Part shown: positions 39,540 through 52,600 of the stretch, in pieces
Numbering within the stretch: position 1 is the first letter of the stretch
Layout: the number at the start of each line of letters is the position of its first letter
DNA from: Isurus oxyrinchus
Taxonomy: Eukaryota
DNA: 64,000 bases
Direction: 5' to 3'
Assembly: GCA_026770705.1 (NCBI GenBank)
Contig: JANJGN010000035.1
Coordinates: 7,750,001-7,814,000 of the forward strand
Position numbers and translations under genes: made by a program
The notes under the pieces: model-generated
Told to the model about the DNA's origin: nothing
The model's database searches: none
Seen by the model: only the letters and a program-made list of their open reading frames with translations

Positions 39540-42500
39540 CATGAGTGAGCATCAATCCTTTGAAAAAAAAGAAACGGTTGCGTGGACAAATTGAACGAGA
39601 ATTCACATTTTTAAAACAAATTGTTTTTTTGTAAATGCCCCAACTGGTGCTAATATTGGACAAATAACAGGAAAGCCTGACTTGGGTTGTCCTGAACTTT
39701 TCTTTTTTTGAAACCATGGATTTCAATTCCTGAAATGTTTCACACGATCCTGCCGGGATACTGCTTAAGAATAAATCATGTATTATGCAAGCACGGAATA
39801 TACCATAATACACGAAATAAAAATGTTGAAGTTATTGCAATACACTTAATAGGGAATGTTTCAAACTCATGGTATTTCTTTTATGCCAGCGATCCCAACA
39901 CATAATTAACCATTTTCCAATGTCACATTATGAGGCTTCCATCGGTAGGTTTGCTGAAATTCGAATTTAATTTACTGGCAGCCTTTTCAACTTTCTCTAG
40001 ATGATTTTCTTCAGCTATTACCTCTCCCTGGAGCACCCTATTCCACAGCCTTAATTCACTGCTACTTAACTTCGGAGCAAGCACATGAGTACCCTAAGTT
40101 AAGGTCCCTGGGCGGATGTTTGATTTCCTATGAGAAGGATTAGACTTGTTGTCTGCAGTCTCTGGTAAACAGAGGCGAAGTGACAACTCTTTTGCGTCTC
40201 CCTGCCCGTTTGCGTGTGTCTCTGGACCTATGTCGCTAAGCAAAGGCACCGTTTTCTTTTTGTAGTTTTTTTTTACTTCACTAAATTACTAACCCCTTGG
40301 TATCCCATCTGTTAACGCAAAAAGTTGTAAAACCTCATGAAAATTGCAACTATAAAAACATTCTCTCAGAGCTTTCGGAATCCTGGTCACAAATACTTCC
40401 AAATTACGTAACAGCTGTTTTCACCTGTCTTAGCAACAACATATAATATATAAAGTAAACTGACAGCTGGCAATTTTACTACACCTACCTGCACAAACAT
40501 AAATTATAGTTATCTTTGAGAGGCAATGACAACCTTTTGCAAACTCCTATCATCGTTATCGCTATTTTATTGATACAGATGTTTCTCTAGCAGTGAAAAT
40601 ATATACGTATCAAATATATTATACCTTTCCATTATTTTCATATTATGCACAAGTCCATCTTGATCAGACCCCATTGCTAATTCATATTTGCGCTTGTTAA
40701 AGCATCTGGTATGATAATGTCCCTTTCTGCTGTATGAATGATTTTAAGTTTGCATTGAAATATTGTTAATGCAAAACGAAATAGCCACATGTTCGTAGAA
40801 ATAAATTTTGATAAAGGGTGTAAAAGAGAAATTTTCCTTACAAATAATTCTGCAAAGAGTACTTGCATATGTGGACTTCAAAATGTTTTAGAGCCAACAC
40901 CAAACACTAAGCCTATTTTCCCATAGTTGAGAAACTCTGCTGGACAAAATTAAACTTTCGAGAAAAGGGACTTCAGGGCCTTTTGAACTCCCTGCTGTCC
41001 TCCTGTATTTAATCTGCTCCAATAGCTACATCTCTGACATTATGGGAGTTCAAATGCCTTAGCATAATTTTGTGCTCTGATGATTGATGTGGTAGTCAGT
41101 ACAAAATTCAAGCTCTCAAAGCACTGTTTTCCCTCCTATAGTTATCCAAATGTATTTCTGTCTTTAACAAGTTTGTCAGGGGAGCTACAACAGTGCTGAA
41201 CATCGTAACGAAATTTCGAAACAGTGCACTCATTCCAGTGTACCAAATAATCATGGGTTGTGTCACATTGTGGCCAAAATAAGGCACGTTGTTTCAGAAA
41301 AAAACTTTTATGATTCTTTGGAACGGATTAAGCAATTGTTCATCGGTTGTAAATTGCCCTCAAAGATTTGGCTGGAACACCCAAGTCATCAACATGTGAA
41401 ACACATTTTGATAATCCTTCAGTTAAATTTGCATAATTGTTCAAAAATATCGATTGTAACTGTTGGTTTCCTGGTATTGAGTGTACATAATCCATGGACA
41501 CCCTGTTAACAGTTTCTTCAAAAGTTGGTTTCGATATTAGTGGTGTAGATTTATGGGTGATTGGTTTTCTACACCACGTGATATGTATGGCATCTGCGGC
41601 AGGACTTAAATATGTCCTTCTGTAATCCTCGCCAATAAATCTCTTTCAGCATTTTATCCTGCATTTTTCACATAAATAAGTGAAATGTCATTGTACTTAT
41701 GTGAGCCACTCATGAAATTTTGTTTCAATGCCCAGACGGAACTACGACCTGGCGACCTCCTGCGCATTTCTCCTCTACGTTTGTTTGTGATGTTATCCAA
41801 ATCCTCATTCACACTTCGGATTTTAACTAATAATACTCAAGCATTGGTTCTGATTCCGTCTCTGAGCAGCCTGTTTGTAACAATTGTCTGCACTCAGGAT
41901 CAACTTGATGAATTTCAATTAAAGAACATTGGTTCAGCATGTCATCCTGAACCTCATTTCTTTTTTTCATTTTTACACCTATGCTTGAATACGAAAATCA
42001 TCAATCAACCTAAATATGTCTAGATTGTTTTCTGAATAACTTAAATATGTGCTTAAAATTGGCTGATTTATTTGCAAAACTCTTTCATTTTAACTTGAAG
42101 CCAATTATATCAAATCTGTCATTCCCGGAAAAAATCATGCAGGTCAAATTTATTGTGCAGACATTTTCTCTTAATAGAAAATAAAACGCACATGTTATTA
42201 CATTTTTAAAGAAATGTTCAATTCGAATATCAATATTTTTACTTTGTTTTCAACTTACCATTGGAGTTAATGTTGTACAATAATTTAGATTTCACAGCAC
42301 ACTCTAAGTTAATCTCCATTCGATGTGTGCGTTCACTGATATCGACAACGATATCGACATATCTCGTTTAAACATGACAACCCTCTTGTATCTAAGTTTT
42401 TGTGATGTGTCCATGCGGTTGAAGTTTTGGAATTCGGAATTCCTGCACTGAAGTGTGGTGTAAGACCTGCGCTGATTTCAAGCAAATTCACTTCTGTGTG
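39540..42500 (-). mobile_element. Decayed Gypsy LTR retrotransposon (RT-RNase H at ~40680-41600; possible LTR-like region at 39540-40560)
   Basis: Minus frame LFRFAL..KLKIIHTAERDIIIPDALT (RNase H end). FSTVVAPLTNLLK at ~41160-41205. The LTR assignment is tentative. Confidence 0.7.
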
Positions 42501-44399
42501 ACATAGACAATAATTTCTTGGATGATGATTTTACTTTGTTATGGGACAGCTGATAGTAAATGCATAACTGTCCAAATCTCAAAACGAAATTTGAAACTAT
42601 TTCCAAATCGGTATTTGCAATTTGCATAGTGGGGAGAGTTTCTGAAATCAGAAAATGGTGTCCCCGTGTGCTTGTGATAACTTTATTGTAGCGAAAACGT
42701 TTAGTAAATAATAAGGCCAAAAAAACACAGTTACACTAACACACATGTATGACATCGCAGAGTAAGCAGGACATAGAAAACCATTCAGGACATCAAAACG
42801 TAACTACCATCATACCTCACTTTCCCTTTTGCTATTCAGCAACTATCCTTATAGATGTTAAAATATGGATAATTCCAGTAATTATTACCACTGTGTGTTT
42901 TCCCTCCCCTTGAGGTGCCCAATGAAGCTGACAGCGACTGGACCTCCATGCCTAGCCATGTTTGCCTTGCATTCCACAAGTTCTGACCAGCTATCCTGCT
43001 ATCTTCTGTGAAATCTAAAAAGCTGTTCCACCACAAAGGTTTCAGCATATCATTAAATACGAGCCTTCATTTTTTTTCCTTCTATTGCCTCAATTAGTAT
43101 CAACAAAAATGCTTTCATCCAAGGAGGGATTAATCGTTCCTTTACTCTAGTTTTTAGGCTTGAATAAATGCCCTATATTTACCTTAATTACCTAGAGCTT
43201 TTATAACCTTTACATATCAATTCTTGATATACATCAAATCAAATTAAAATATATTATTTATTTATGTACAATTCTGTTTGAAGTTCCTCTTGGCTAATTA
43301 ATCTGTAAAAAACAGTCTTTACTGTTGGTTTGGTTCTTGCAGTCACCCTGGACCTTGCTCCAATTATCATTGTTAAAGCCAGAAAAAGCCAATTTTCCAA
43401 TACATAATAAAATTGGCACTGGTAATACCGGAAATGAACATTCACACTTAAAAAAATGGTTTCAATTTCTCAGCTCCAATTTCCTAATTGCTACTTACAT
43501 AATATACCTTGCATTCACGTGATAACAGGCCCACGGTTTTGGCATCAATGGAATTAATGTTTCCCGAGCATTCAAATGTCCAATCTTCCTTACAACTTAA
43601 ACCTTTTCTCAAGCACCTGCAATTAGGTTAATTAGCCCAGCCACATGCATTATTTATACGTTAAATGGCTGCAAATTATGGACTCCATTTAAACAGTCTA
43701 ACACTCCAAAAGTATACCTTTGGTATGGTCAGTGTAAACAAAAGTTTCTGATGAATTGCTGGTAACATAATTATCATGAAATTGCAATGCCAGCACAAAA
43801 CTCAATGTTTCCGTGTCAAAAGTGGAACACATTCGTTGATGAATTTTAAACTAATTTCAAAAATATCGTACAATCTCATACCTCTTTCGTCTCCATGCAG
43901 CAATACAGCACCAATTCCCTCATCACCTCTATCAATTGTGAATTTAAAGTGATTGGCATATTTACGATGTTGCTGTTGTTAAAACATTTGCAATTTTTTG
44001 AGTGTATTTGAGAATCTGAATGCCCCTGTGCATTTTTGTTATTTTTTTTAATACCTCAGTTAATGTGGCAACCACAATCCTAATAATTGGCATGGTATAA
44101 CTCTCTGAAACATTCATGCCTCAGAATCGTAAATGTTCCCTTTTCTTTGAAGCCACCCGTCTATCGGCTTCAATTTTGCATCTCGGTTGGCCATCTGATC
44201 ATGTCCAACACTCTAGCTCAAATATGTAACCTGTCCTTATTTAAATTCTTTCTTAGCCAATTGGCCAGCAAATTAGCTTCTTTCAGACGATCAAATTGTT
44301 CTCCCAGCTTCTGTATGGTTTCCTCCGATGTTTGACGGAATACCATCAGAGTGATAATTTTGCACAGCACAGTAACTCGGTCCAATAATGAACATAAAA

Positions 44400-45283
44400 A
44401 CAAAAAAAAAAAACGATGGATGCTGGAAATCCAAAACAAAAACAGAATTACCTGGAAAAACCCAGCAGATCTGGCAGCATTGGCCGAGAAAAAAATAGTT
44501 GATGTTTCGAGTCCTCATAAGCCTTCAAGAGAACTGAGTAAAATTAGGAGAGGGGTGAAAAATACGCTGGTATAAGGTGGGGGGGGGAGGGGGGGGGGGC
44601 TGGGTGGTAGGTGGGGGGAGAGAAGTGTGTGGGGGGGTGTTTGTAGGGAAAGCAAGCAGTGATTGGAGCAGATATTCAAATGTTGTCACAGACAAAAGAA
44701 CAAAGAGGTATTGAAGGTAGTGATATTATCTAAATGAATGTGCTAATTAAGATTGAATGGCAGGACACACAAGGTACAGCTCTAGTGAGAGAAGGTGGAA
44801 TAAGACTAACAGGGCATAAAAGTAAAAAAAAATAAAAATAATGGAAATAGGTGTAAAAATAATAATCTATATGAATTATTGGAAAAAAAAAGCAAAAGGG
44901 AAGGGGAAGAAATGGAAAGGGGTGGGGATGGATGAGAGAGGTAAAGACCTAAAGTTGCAGAATTCAATATTCAGTGTGGAAGGCTGTTATAGGCCTAGTC
45001 GAATAATAAGGTACTGTTCCTCCAGTTTGCGTTCAGCTTCACTGGAACAATGCAGCAAGCCAAGGCAAGGCATGTGGGCAAGAGAGCAGGGTGGACTGTT
45101 GAAATGACTAGCGACAGTGAGGTTTGAGTGATTCTTGCGGGGAGACCTCAGGTGTTCTGCAAAGCGGTCACCCAGTTTGCATATGGTCTCTCCACATTGA
45201 GGACACCACATTGGGAGCAACAAATGCAGTGCACTATGTTGGGGGAAATGCAAGTGAAATTCTGCTTCACTTGAAAGGAGTGT
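44400..45283 (-). mobile_element. Penelope-like element, inverted arm (GIY-YIG plus tail)
   Basis: ETICKLGDRFAEHLRS..SHFNSPPCSLAH..EEQYLIIRLG. The tail with a hammerhead-like motif lies at 44497-44535. Confidence 0.93.
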
Positions 45284-46598
45284 GTAAGGACTACGTTCCA
45301 TTCACTCAGTTCCTTCGCCTCTGTTGCATCTGTTCTGATGATGCTAAATTCAAAAGCAGTTCCTCTGACATGTCCTCCCTCTTCCTTAACCAAAGTTTTC
45401 CACTCACGGCCGTTGACAGGGCCCTCGTCCGTGTCCGGCCCATTTTCAACACATCTGCCCTCAGGTCTTCTCCTCCTTTTCAGTAACATGATAGGGTACC
45501 CCTTGTCCTCACTTATCACCCCACCAGCCTCCGCATAGAAAGGATCATCCTCCACCCTTTCTACCAACTCCAGCATGTTGCCACCACAAAACACATCTTA
45601 CCTTATCCCCCCTGGTGGCATTCCAGAGGGATTGTTCCCTCCAGGACACGATGGGCAACTCCGCCATCACCCCTACTCATCAACCCCCACCTACGGCACC
45701 TCCACATGCATACACAAAAGATGCAACACGTGCCCCTTCTCTTCCTCTCTCCTCACCGTCCAAGTGCCCAAACATTCCTTCCAAGTGAAGCAGCTTTTCA
45801 CTTGCATTTTCCCGAACTTAGTCTACTGCATTGTTTGCTCCAAATGCGGTCTCCTCCACATTGGAGACACCAAACATAAACTGAGCGACCACTTTGCAGA
45901 ATACCTGCGGTCTATCTGCAAGAAAGACCCACACCTCCCTGTCACTTGCCATTTAAAAATCCAACCTATTTTCTTTCCATCATGTCTGTCCTTGGCTTGC
46001 TGGTTTGTTCCAGTGAAGCTCAACGCAAACTGGATGAACAGCACTTCATCTTCCGACTAGGCACTTTACAGACTTTCGGACTGAATATTGAAATCATCAA
46101 CTTTAGATCTTGAACTCTCTCCGCCATCCCCACCCCTTTTCCATCTCATTCCCCTCCATTTTGTCTTTTTATCCAATAATTTATATAGATTATTATTTTC
46201 ACAAATATTTCCATTACTTTTAAATCTATAACTTTTATGCCCTGTTAGTCCTATTCCGCCCCACCCCCCACTAGATCTGTACCTTATGTGTCCTGCCATC
46301 CATTCCTAATTATCACTTTCGTTTTGATAATGTCACCACCTTCAACGTCTCTTTGTTCTTTTTTCTGTGACATCTTTTGATTATCTGCTCCTATCACTGC
46401 TTGCTTGTCCCTACAATGACAGCTTCCCGCACTTCTCTCCCCCCACCCCCACCCACCATAAACCAGCTTATATTTCACACCTCTCCTAATTTTCTCAGTT
46501 CTGTTGAAGAGCCATGAGGACTCGAAACGTCAACGTTTTTCTTCTCCGCCAATGCTGCCATAACAGCTGTGTTTTTCCTAGGTAATTCAGTTTTTGTT
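45284..46598 (+). mobile_element. Penelope-like element (Neptune-type): RT thumb, linker zinc finger, GIY-YIG and tail; frameshifted
   Basis: KDYVPFTQFLRLCCICSDD..VDRAL, CIHKRCNTCPF (C-x4-C-x2-C linker), NLVYCIVCSKCGLLHIGDT. Confidence 0.93.
46497..46534 (+). ncRNA. Minimal hammerhead-ribozyme-like motif (variant core CUGUUGA)
   Basis: AGUU-CUGUUGA-A-GAGCC-augag-GACUC-GAAAC-GUC-AAC. Palindromic ACGU in place of stem III, GUC cleavage triplet, one stem II mismatch. Confidence 0.7.
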
Positions 46599-49500
46599 GA
46601 CAAATATGAATTTATTCGTTAGTCACTAGAGTTTGGTTGGTGCACATTTCAATGCCAAATTTCATCACTTCAACTGATATAGTCCATCTGGCATCCCAAA
46701 AACTAAAATCTTCTTTGGGCTATCCGATGACACTACTCACTAATATCCTCTCAGGGTGACAATTTTTTGCGAAAAATTGCAATTGTCCCACGTTGTCTAT
46801 GCAATCTTGCAAACGTGGAATGTGATATGAATCCGTGTTTGTCACTGTGATTGCTTTTCGATAATCTACAAGCAGCCTATATGATCCATCTTATTTTGTT
46901 GCCTTCATAATGGTTGAATGCAAGTTTCAAGAACAATGCTCAAACGTATTGTTTTGAAGAATGAATTTAATTTCCTTCTCTCCGTGCGATAACTTCACTC
47001 GAATAATTCTATTTTGGTCTTACCTTATCGACAATGAATCACGTACATGTATGTGAGCTGCAGCTAAATTTGTTTCCCCGTGCTTATTCCTACACATGGA
47101 TTTGTGTTGTCGCAACAGCTTCTACAAATCACCGTCATTTGTCTGGAAGGTAACTCAATATTACATTTAAAATTTCAAGCATCCCCACATTATCCAATTT
47201 ATTAGAGGAAAGTTAATTTCAAAATATTTCTTTTCCACTCCGCCTCCTTATTTACCACCATTAAAAGATTTTTGATTATCTTTGCTGTAAAATACGTTTT
47301 TAACATATTAACATGACAGACCTTTTGTTCCATTCTTCTATTTTGAGTCTTTTTTAAATAGCACACTTCAGTAATCTTCTTCTCAATCTTGTAAGGTCTA
47401 ATAAACCTTGCCTTTAATGGCTCACCCATAACTCGTAATAAAACTTGCACAGCTTTCCCCCGCAGAAAAACTACGTGCTGTGGCGTTAATTTCTGTCTTG
47501 GTCTTCATCACCTGCAGTGATCTATTGAAATGTTCCTTCTGTAAATCACAAGCTCTGTTTAATATTTTCTAGAACTTTGATAAAGAATCTAAGAGTGTGG
47601 TCTCTGAATAAACAGCTTTGTATACTCAAACCGTTTTATTTTCGGTCCTTTAGCTTTAACTCTATCAATTTCCTTGAGTTAAACACTTCAGCGTCATTCT
47701 CCTCCATTCTCTCTTCCTGATCAAACTTTTCAAAGATTGTTATATTTTGTACGTCAGTTTCTTTCCACTGTGTTGCGGTATTCTAGTACTGATTGAACTC
47801 ATGGCATTGTAGCCGTGATGCCACACAGTCTGGAAAAAAAAAAAAACATGCTGATTTTACCGCAGCTGTTCTAATACATTAAGGTTCACCAACATGTGTG
47901 ACCCAGCTATATAATTTTAACAAGATAAGTTGTAACACTGCAATAGGGAAGTTCTCATGTGCTCTTTCAATCACTTCAACTGTTTTCAAACTTATTTTCG
48001 ATTCACCTTACAAAAAGGAAATGTCTTGCTTTTCCATGAATTTCTTTAATATAAACATTTGTCTGACAAATATCCTCGGGACAACAAATGTTGTTACCCA
48101 TAAACTGAATAGCTCCCTTATTAACATCTATAATATTGAAACACATAGATGAAATCTTGAAACAGTTCTGCTACACATCTTTCAGCATCACTTCGAATAG
48201 ACTGCGAATCCATTTTGAGATCTTCGCCTAACATTTGGGCCTGCTTTTCTAGTTGTACAAATTCCAACTAGTTTCTCTTGTTCTTAGCGTTTTATTTTAC
48301 AGAATCTTTTATAGTTCTTAGAAATTCACAAGGATTCCCATTTAACCCGAGCACACTGATGTTATATGACCAAAATTGTTACAATGGTTAACATTTCAGC
48401 TTTCTTTACTAACTCTCAGAACCTTCCCCCTTGCTCTGAGTCGATTTTTCAGTCAGTGGCTTCTTTGGGATTTGCCCTACAATCTACTTCTGTTTAACAA
48501 CAGTTTCACCGTGACTTTGTGCCACAGCAAAATCCCACTTCTAAAGAATCGGATTAAAAGTTCATATCTCTACATTTTCATTTGCTTTAATTGAATACAA
48601 TCTAAATAAAATAAAACTCAATCAATCACCTGCTCTTTACTATCTCTGAGGTTCACGTCTGCTAAGGCAATTTTCTGTAGAATTGGCAATAACCGTAATT
48701 GCAAAAAGAAAAATTTACAGAATAATCATGGAACAATACCCAGAGATAATCGCCCTTAAAACCTGTGGAGTGGCAATCAGAGTCAAAGAGTGATATTGTG
48801 CCCATAGTTACGTGGAAATGAATACCCTTCGGGATGGTGTGGGGGAAGGGGCAGGATGGAAGTCCTACTGGTACATAGAATTTTAATTGTATTTTTTCTA
48901 ATTCTGTTCACATTTTCTGTGCAACAATTAATGGGAGACAGTCAAAATCATTCCAATTTTGAGAATTGTTTCGCATCTTAGCATCGGATGATTCCAGAAG
49001 TTGGGTGATTGCCCAATGGAAGTTTGAACTCCGCAGCAAGTGTTGTGTAATCGTTTTCTGTTGGCTCGTGGTGTCCGAGTTGTGCTGTGATCGCAGCACA
49101 ACATTGGACCATCACCACAATGTCACCCAGGATCTCAGAATTTACAGACCACAGAAAGCATGAAGAATAATTAATGCACACATGATTTCAATGTTGCTTT
49201 GATAATCCCGACGTGTATTAACCACATTTATCCAGTAAACATTCGTCCATTCAGCTCACAAAATACGAAGCAGGAATTTTTTTTTCAGTGTATTTTAAAA
49301 ACTAAGCTAAAAATAAAAGACATTTGTACTTCTATTCAAATAAATAATCTTCAGAAGAACTTTGTCTTTAGGACGAGGCAGGGAACTTATCAATTCTAAT
49401 GTATTCACCCCTCAGAATCAAAAAAAAATCCTTCTTACTGAGCAAAGGGCAAATTTGTTTAGTGTAAATAAGATCAGAGATAAATACATTGAATTGAAAA

Positions 49501-49839
49501 ATGGCGTGGGAGCCTAGAAATTGGATTCATGGTCCACTGGCAACAGTTCCACTGGAAATCGAACACAGGGTCGGCCTTCATCTTAAACCCATTCGGACTT
49601 ATGTTCTGATTAATCGGTGAATCCCATAACGAGTCTTATGGATCGGCCATTCAAAAAATATGAGGGTTGGGCACGGATCATCTGAGATGAGTTCACAGAA
49701 TTAATGAGTTAGAAAATGCAATCGAGCAGATAATGAAACAATAAATGGTACCGGAGGGTAGAACTGAGGGAGACAGTTTGCAAATATTTGAGAAAACAAA
49801 CAAAAAGTATGGTTAGGTTTCATTCTTAAAAACAAAATG

Positions 49840-52190
49840 AATTAAAGGCTCTGCATCTGAAATTCACCAGGTCCGTTGCCAAATGGCTGAAATTAGCGCA
49901 GAAAAAAGAATAGACGACTATAATGTACTAGCTATTACAGAGATGTGGCTACAACTAACGGAGGTTCAACCTTAAACATTAAAACATTTTTTTGTGATTC
50001 AAAATGACAGAATGGAACGGAAATGCTCTGGGATTTCGCAATTAATATGCCCTCAGATGGTTACAATAGTGAGCTGGGGTCTAATTTCAGGAGATCTGTT
50101 TGAATGGGAGTAGTGAATCGAAAATTGATGATAACACTGGTAGAATTGGTTTCTTGCTCCTACCCACTCATCGCCCTTCACTTCCACCGCAAGTGCAGCT
50201 ACAAAATAGGACAAACTGCGCTTCAACAAGTACTTTAGCTTGGAAGAAAAGCATTGCAATACACTTTGTGACTCGAAACTTCACGTTGATTGGATAAACA
50301 AGATTTCCTTTTGTGCGCTTAGCATGAGTTCATAGAATGTAATGGGGACAGTATTTTCGTGCAATACTTCCAGGAAGCTATTAGGTGCCAGACTAAGTCT
50401 GGAGCAGTGGTACGTAATGAAAAAAAATCCCTAATTCTCGAGAAAGCAAAGGAAGAGGAATAGCTAATTCAATTTTATACTGAGTTCTCTGGGCCTGATA
50501 TCCCTCAGTATTGAATTAAATAAAAGAAGTTGCAGAACTAATGATGTATTTCTATCACAATAGCAGTAGAAATCTTTCAATTACACCAGAAATTCTAGAA
50601 AGTTACCAATGCATCTTTCATGTTCCAGAAAAGCCCCGAGAATGCCGACATGAATCTCGATGTCAGTAAATTTTTTGTGTTTGATTAGAAACTGCTAGAA
50701 CACATTAGTAAGGAAATAGTAGCAGAATATTTTGAAAATAATAATGCAGTCCAGCAGATGCTACACATTCATGTGACAGGGAAGGCATGTTTTACTTATG
50801 TGTTGGAGTACTTTGAACATTTATTAGGCCGGGTGGATAAAGCCGAAGCAGAAGATTTAGTATAATTGGATATTCAATATTCATTCGATCAGGACATCAA
50901 TAAAAGCAAAAGTCTGCTTTTCTTAATCTTAAATGAAGTAAGAAAACGTTGAGGAATAAAACGTCGGCAGCTCAGCAGGTCAGCAGAATCCGTAGAGAGA
51001 GAAAAAGTGTTAATATTTTGATGTGGCGTGAATCTGATTCTGAGGCAGAGCTGCTCATCTTATCCAGCATTGTCCTTTCCTTTTGCAATAAAGACACATA
51101 ATCTGCCCGTTATAAGCTTCCATTAAAAAAGGACTTTCGACAGAAATGGGTCATTTTTAATTGTAAAGTTTAACTATTGGACTGGGAGAGGAATCACTGT
51201 GAAGACCTTAACTATTGCCGATGCGTATTACATACGTGGAAGAAAAGGGCAACTGTGCTGAAGCCAAATGCAAGGCAAGTTCGAAAGGCCAGCACAATTT
51301 GAGGCAGATCAGAAGGTATGGAGAACATAAGCAACTGGACCCATATTTGATTCATTGAACATGATGTGGACAAATATGATGTTGTTCACTTTGACTGAAA
51401 GAATAGGCTAGGCAAGAACATATCTTAATCGAAAGAGGCTGCAGAACATTCTGGCGTAGAGGGGCATTCGTGTGATTGTAGGTGGAACACAATCATGTCA
51501 GCCATCTGGTAAAACAAGAAATTAGTAAATCAAAAGACATAAGGTCCTTTATTGCAAGGGCAATGCAGAATAAAGGAGGCAGTAGTGCAATCTTGATACA
51601 ACAGTGCATGTTATTGGTTCGACTACACCCAGTGTACTGTATACAGTTTTGCTCACCCTGAATCAAGAGCCCGTAAGATATAATTGAATTTTGAAGTAGT
51701 TCACACAAGGCTGATTCAGAGAATTTCGGGAGAGAGAATGTTGCCTTGTTAAGAAGTGTAGGGCAGGTTTCGAATACACTCGTGGCAATTTTGAAATAGG
51801 AGGGTTGATTTTATTGAAGCATACTCTGTATGGGGCTTGACAGGGTACATACTGAGTTGATGTTTCCCATTGACGATGGATTTAGATTCCGAGTTCCCTG
51901 TTTCAAAATAAAGAGCCTCCCAATTCAGTTGGAAATCCAGAGCAACTTGTGTTTTCCGCAAGTAGGTTGAGTTCCTTATTACCTCCACAGGATAGTAGTG
52001 GAGCCTTAATCATTAAATGTCTTCAAAAAAAAGACACGCAATTTTCTGATTGACTAGGACTTCAAAACCTGGGGAGCGGCGGGCCAGCAGTCAGGAATGT
52101 GGAGTTAAGGCCACAAACATTAACGATATTGAATGGCGGAGCGTGCTTTGGCGGCTGAATTGTGTACTTGTTTTATTCTTATTTGATAAT
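49840..52190 (+). mobile_element. Decayed, internally deleted CR1 LINE ORF2 with a small Penelope-tail-like insert at ~50940-51090
   Basis: LKALHL..YNVLAITEMWL (EN start), L-V-R-L-H-P-V-Y-C-I-Q-F (RT C-terminus at ~51615-51650), CR1 3' tail at ~52120-52190. Confidence 0.8.
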
Positions 52191-52389
52191 GTTTGTATGT
52201 TGTTATCCATTATTCAAATACCTAACCCCCTATATTTGGTTGCTTCCTAGACCGTACTCTTGATCGATATACTGACATAGGGGTCGTAATTTGGATTAAA
52301 ATCGAAACTAAACTTCTGTCTCTATATTGCATGAACATCAATGACAAAGTATTGTCTGACATTATGTCAGGAGTATTGTGAAACTTTTG

Positions 52390-52600
52390 AACATATATAT
52401 TGTTTAAACAGCACCAACTTGAAGCAAATGTGCCAAGTGATTATCTCAACATTGATTACAGGATCGATACTTGCACATACGTCCGCCACTGTTTAAATGA
52501 GTATAACCTGAAGCGTAATTCAAGTGCAGTTCAGTCGTTCTGAAGTGCATTGGGTCATTCTGCGAATATGCAAAAACCTATCAGCGCAGGGGCTACTTGT
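52390..52600 (+). mobile_element. Possible decayed Deu-domain SINE 3' half
   Basis: Weak resemblance (TTATCTCAACATTG..GATC..TGCAC..GAAGTGCATTGGG) to the DeuSINE core and tail. Confidence 0.3.

Larger units (their letters stand above)
43600..48770 (-). mobile_element. Decayed Gmr1-type Gypsy element (integrase upstream of RT-RNase H), split by a Penelope-like insertion
   Basis: GEPLKARFIRPYKIEKK..VCHVNMLK (IN GPY/F, 47200-47450). VDYRKA..TDSYHIPRLQDCID..PDGLYQ (RT, 46620-46900). FDRLKEANL (RT, ~44280). VYTDH..LFKWS..QPFN (RH, 43640-43745). Confidence 0.85.
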
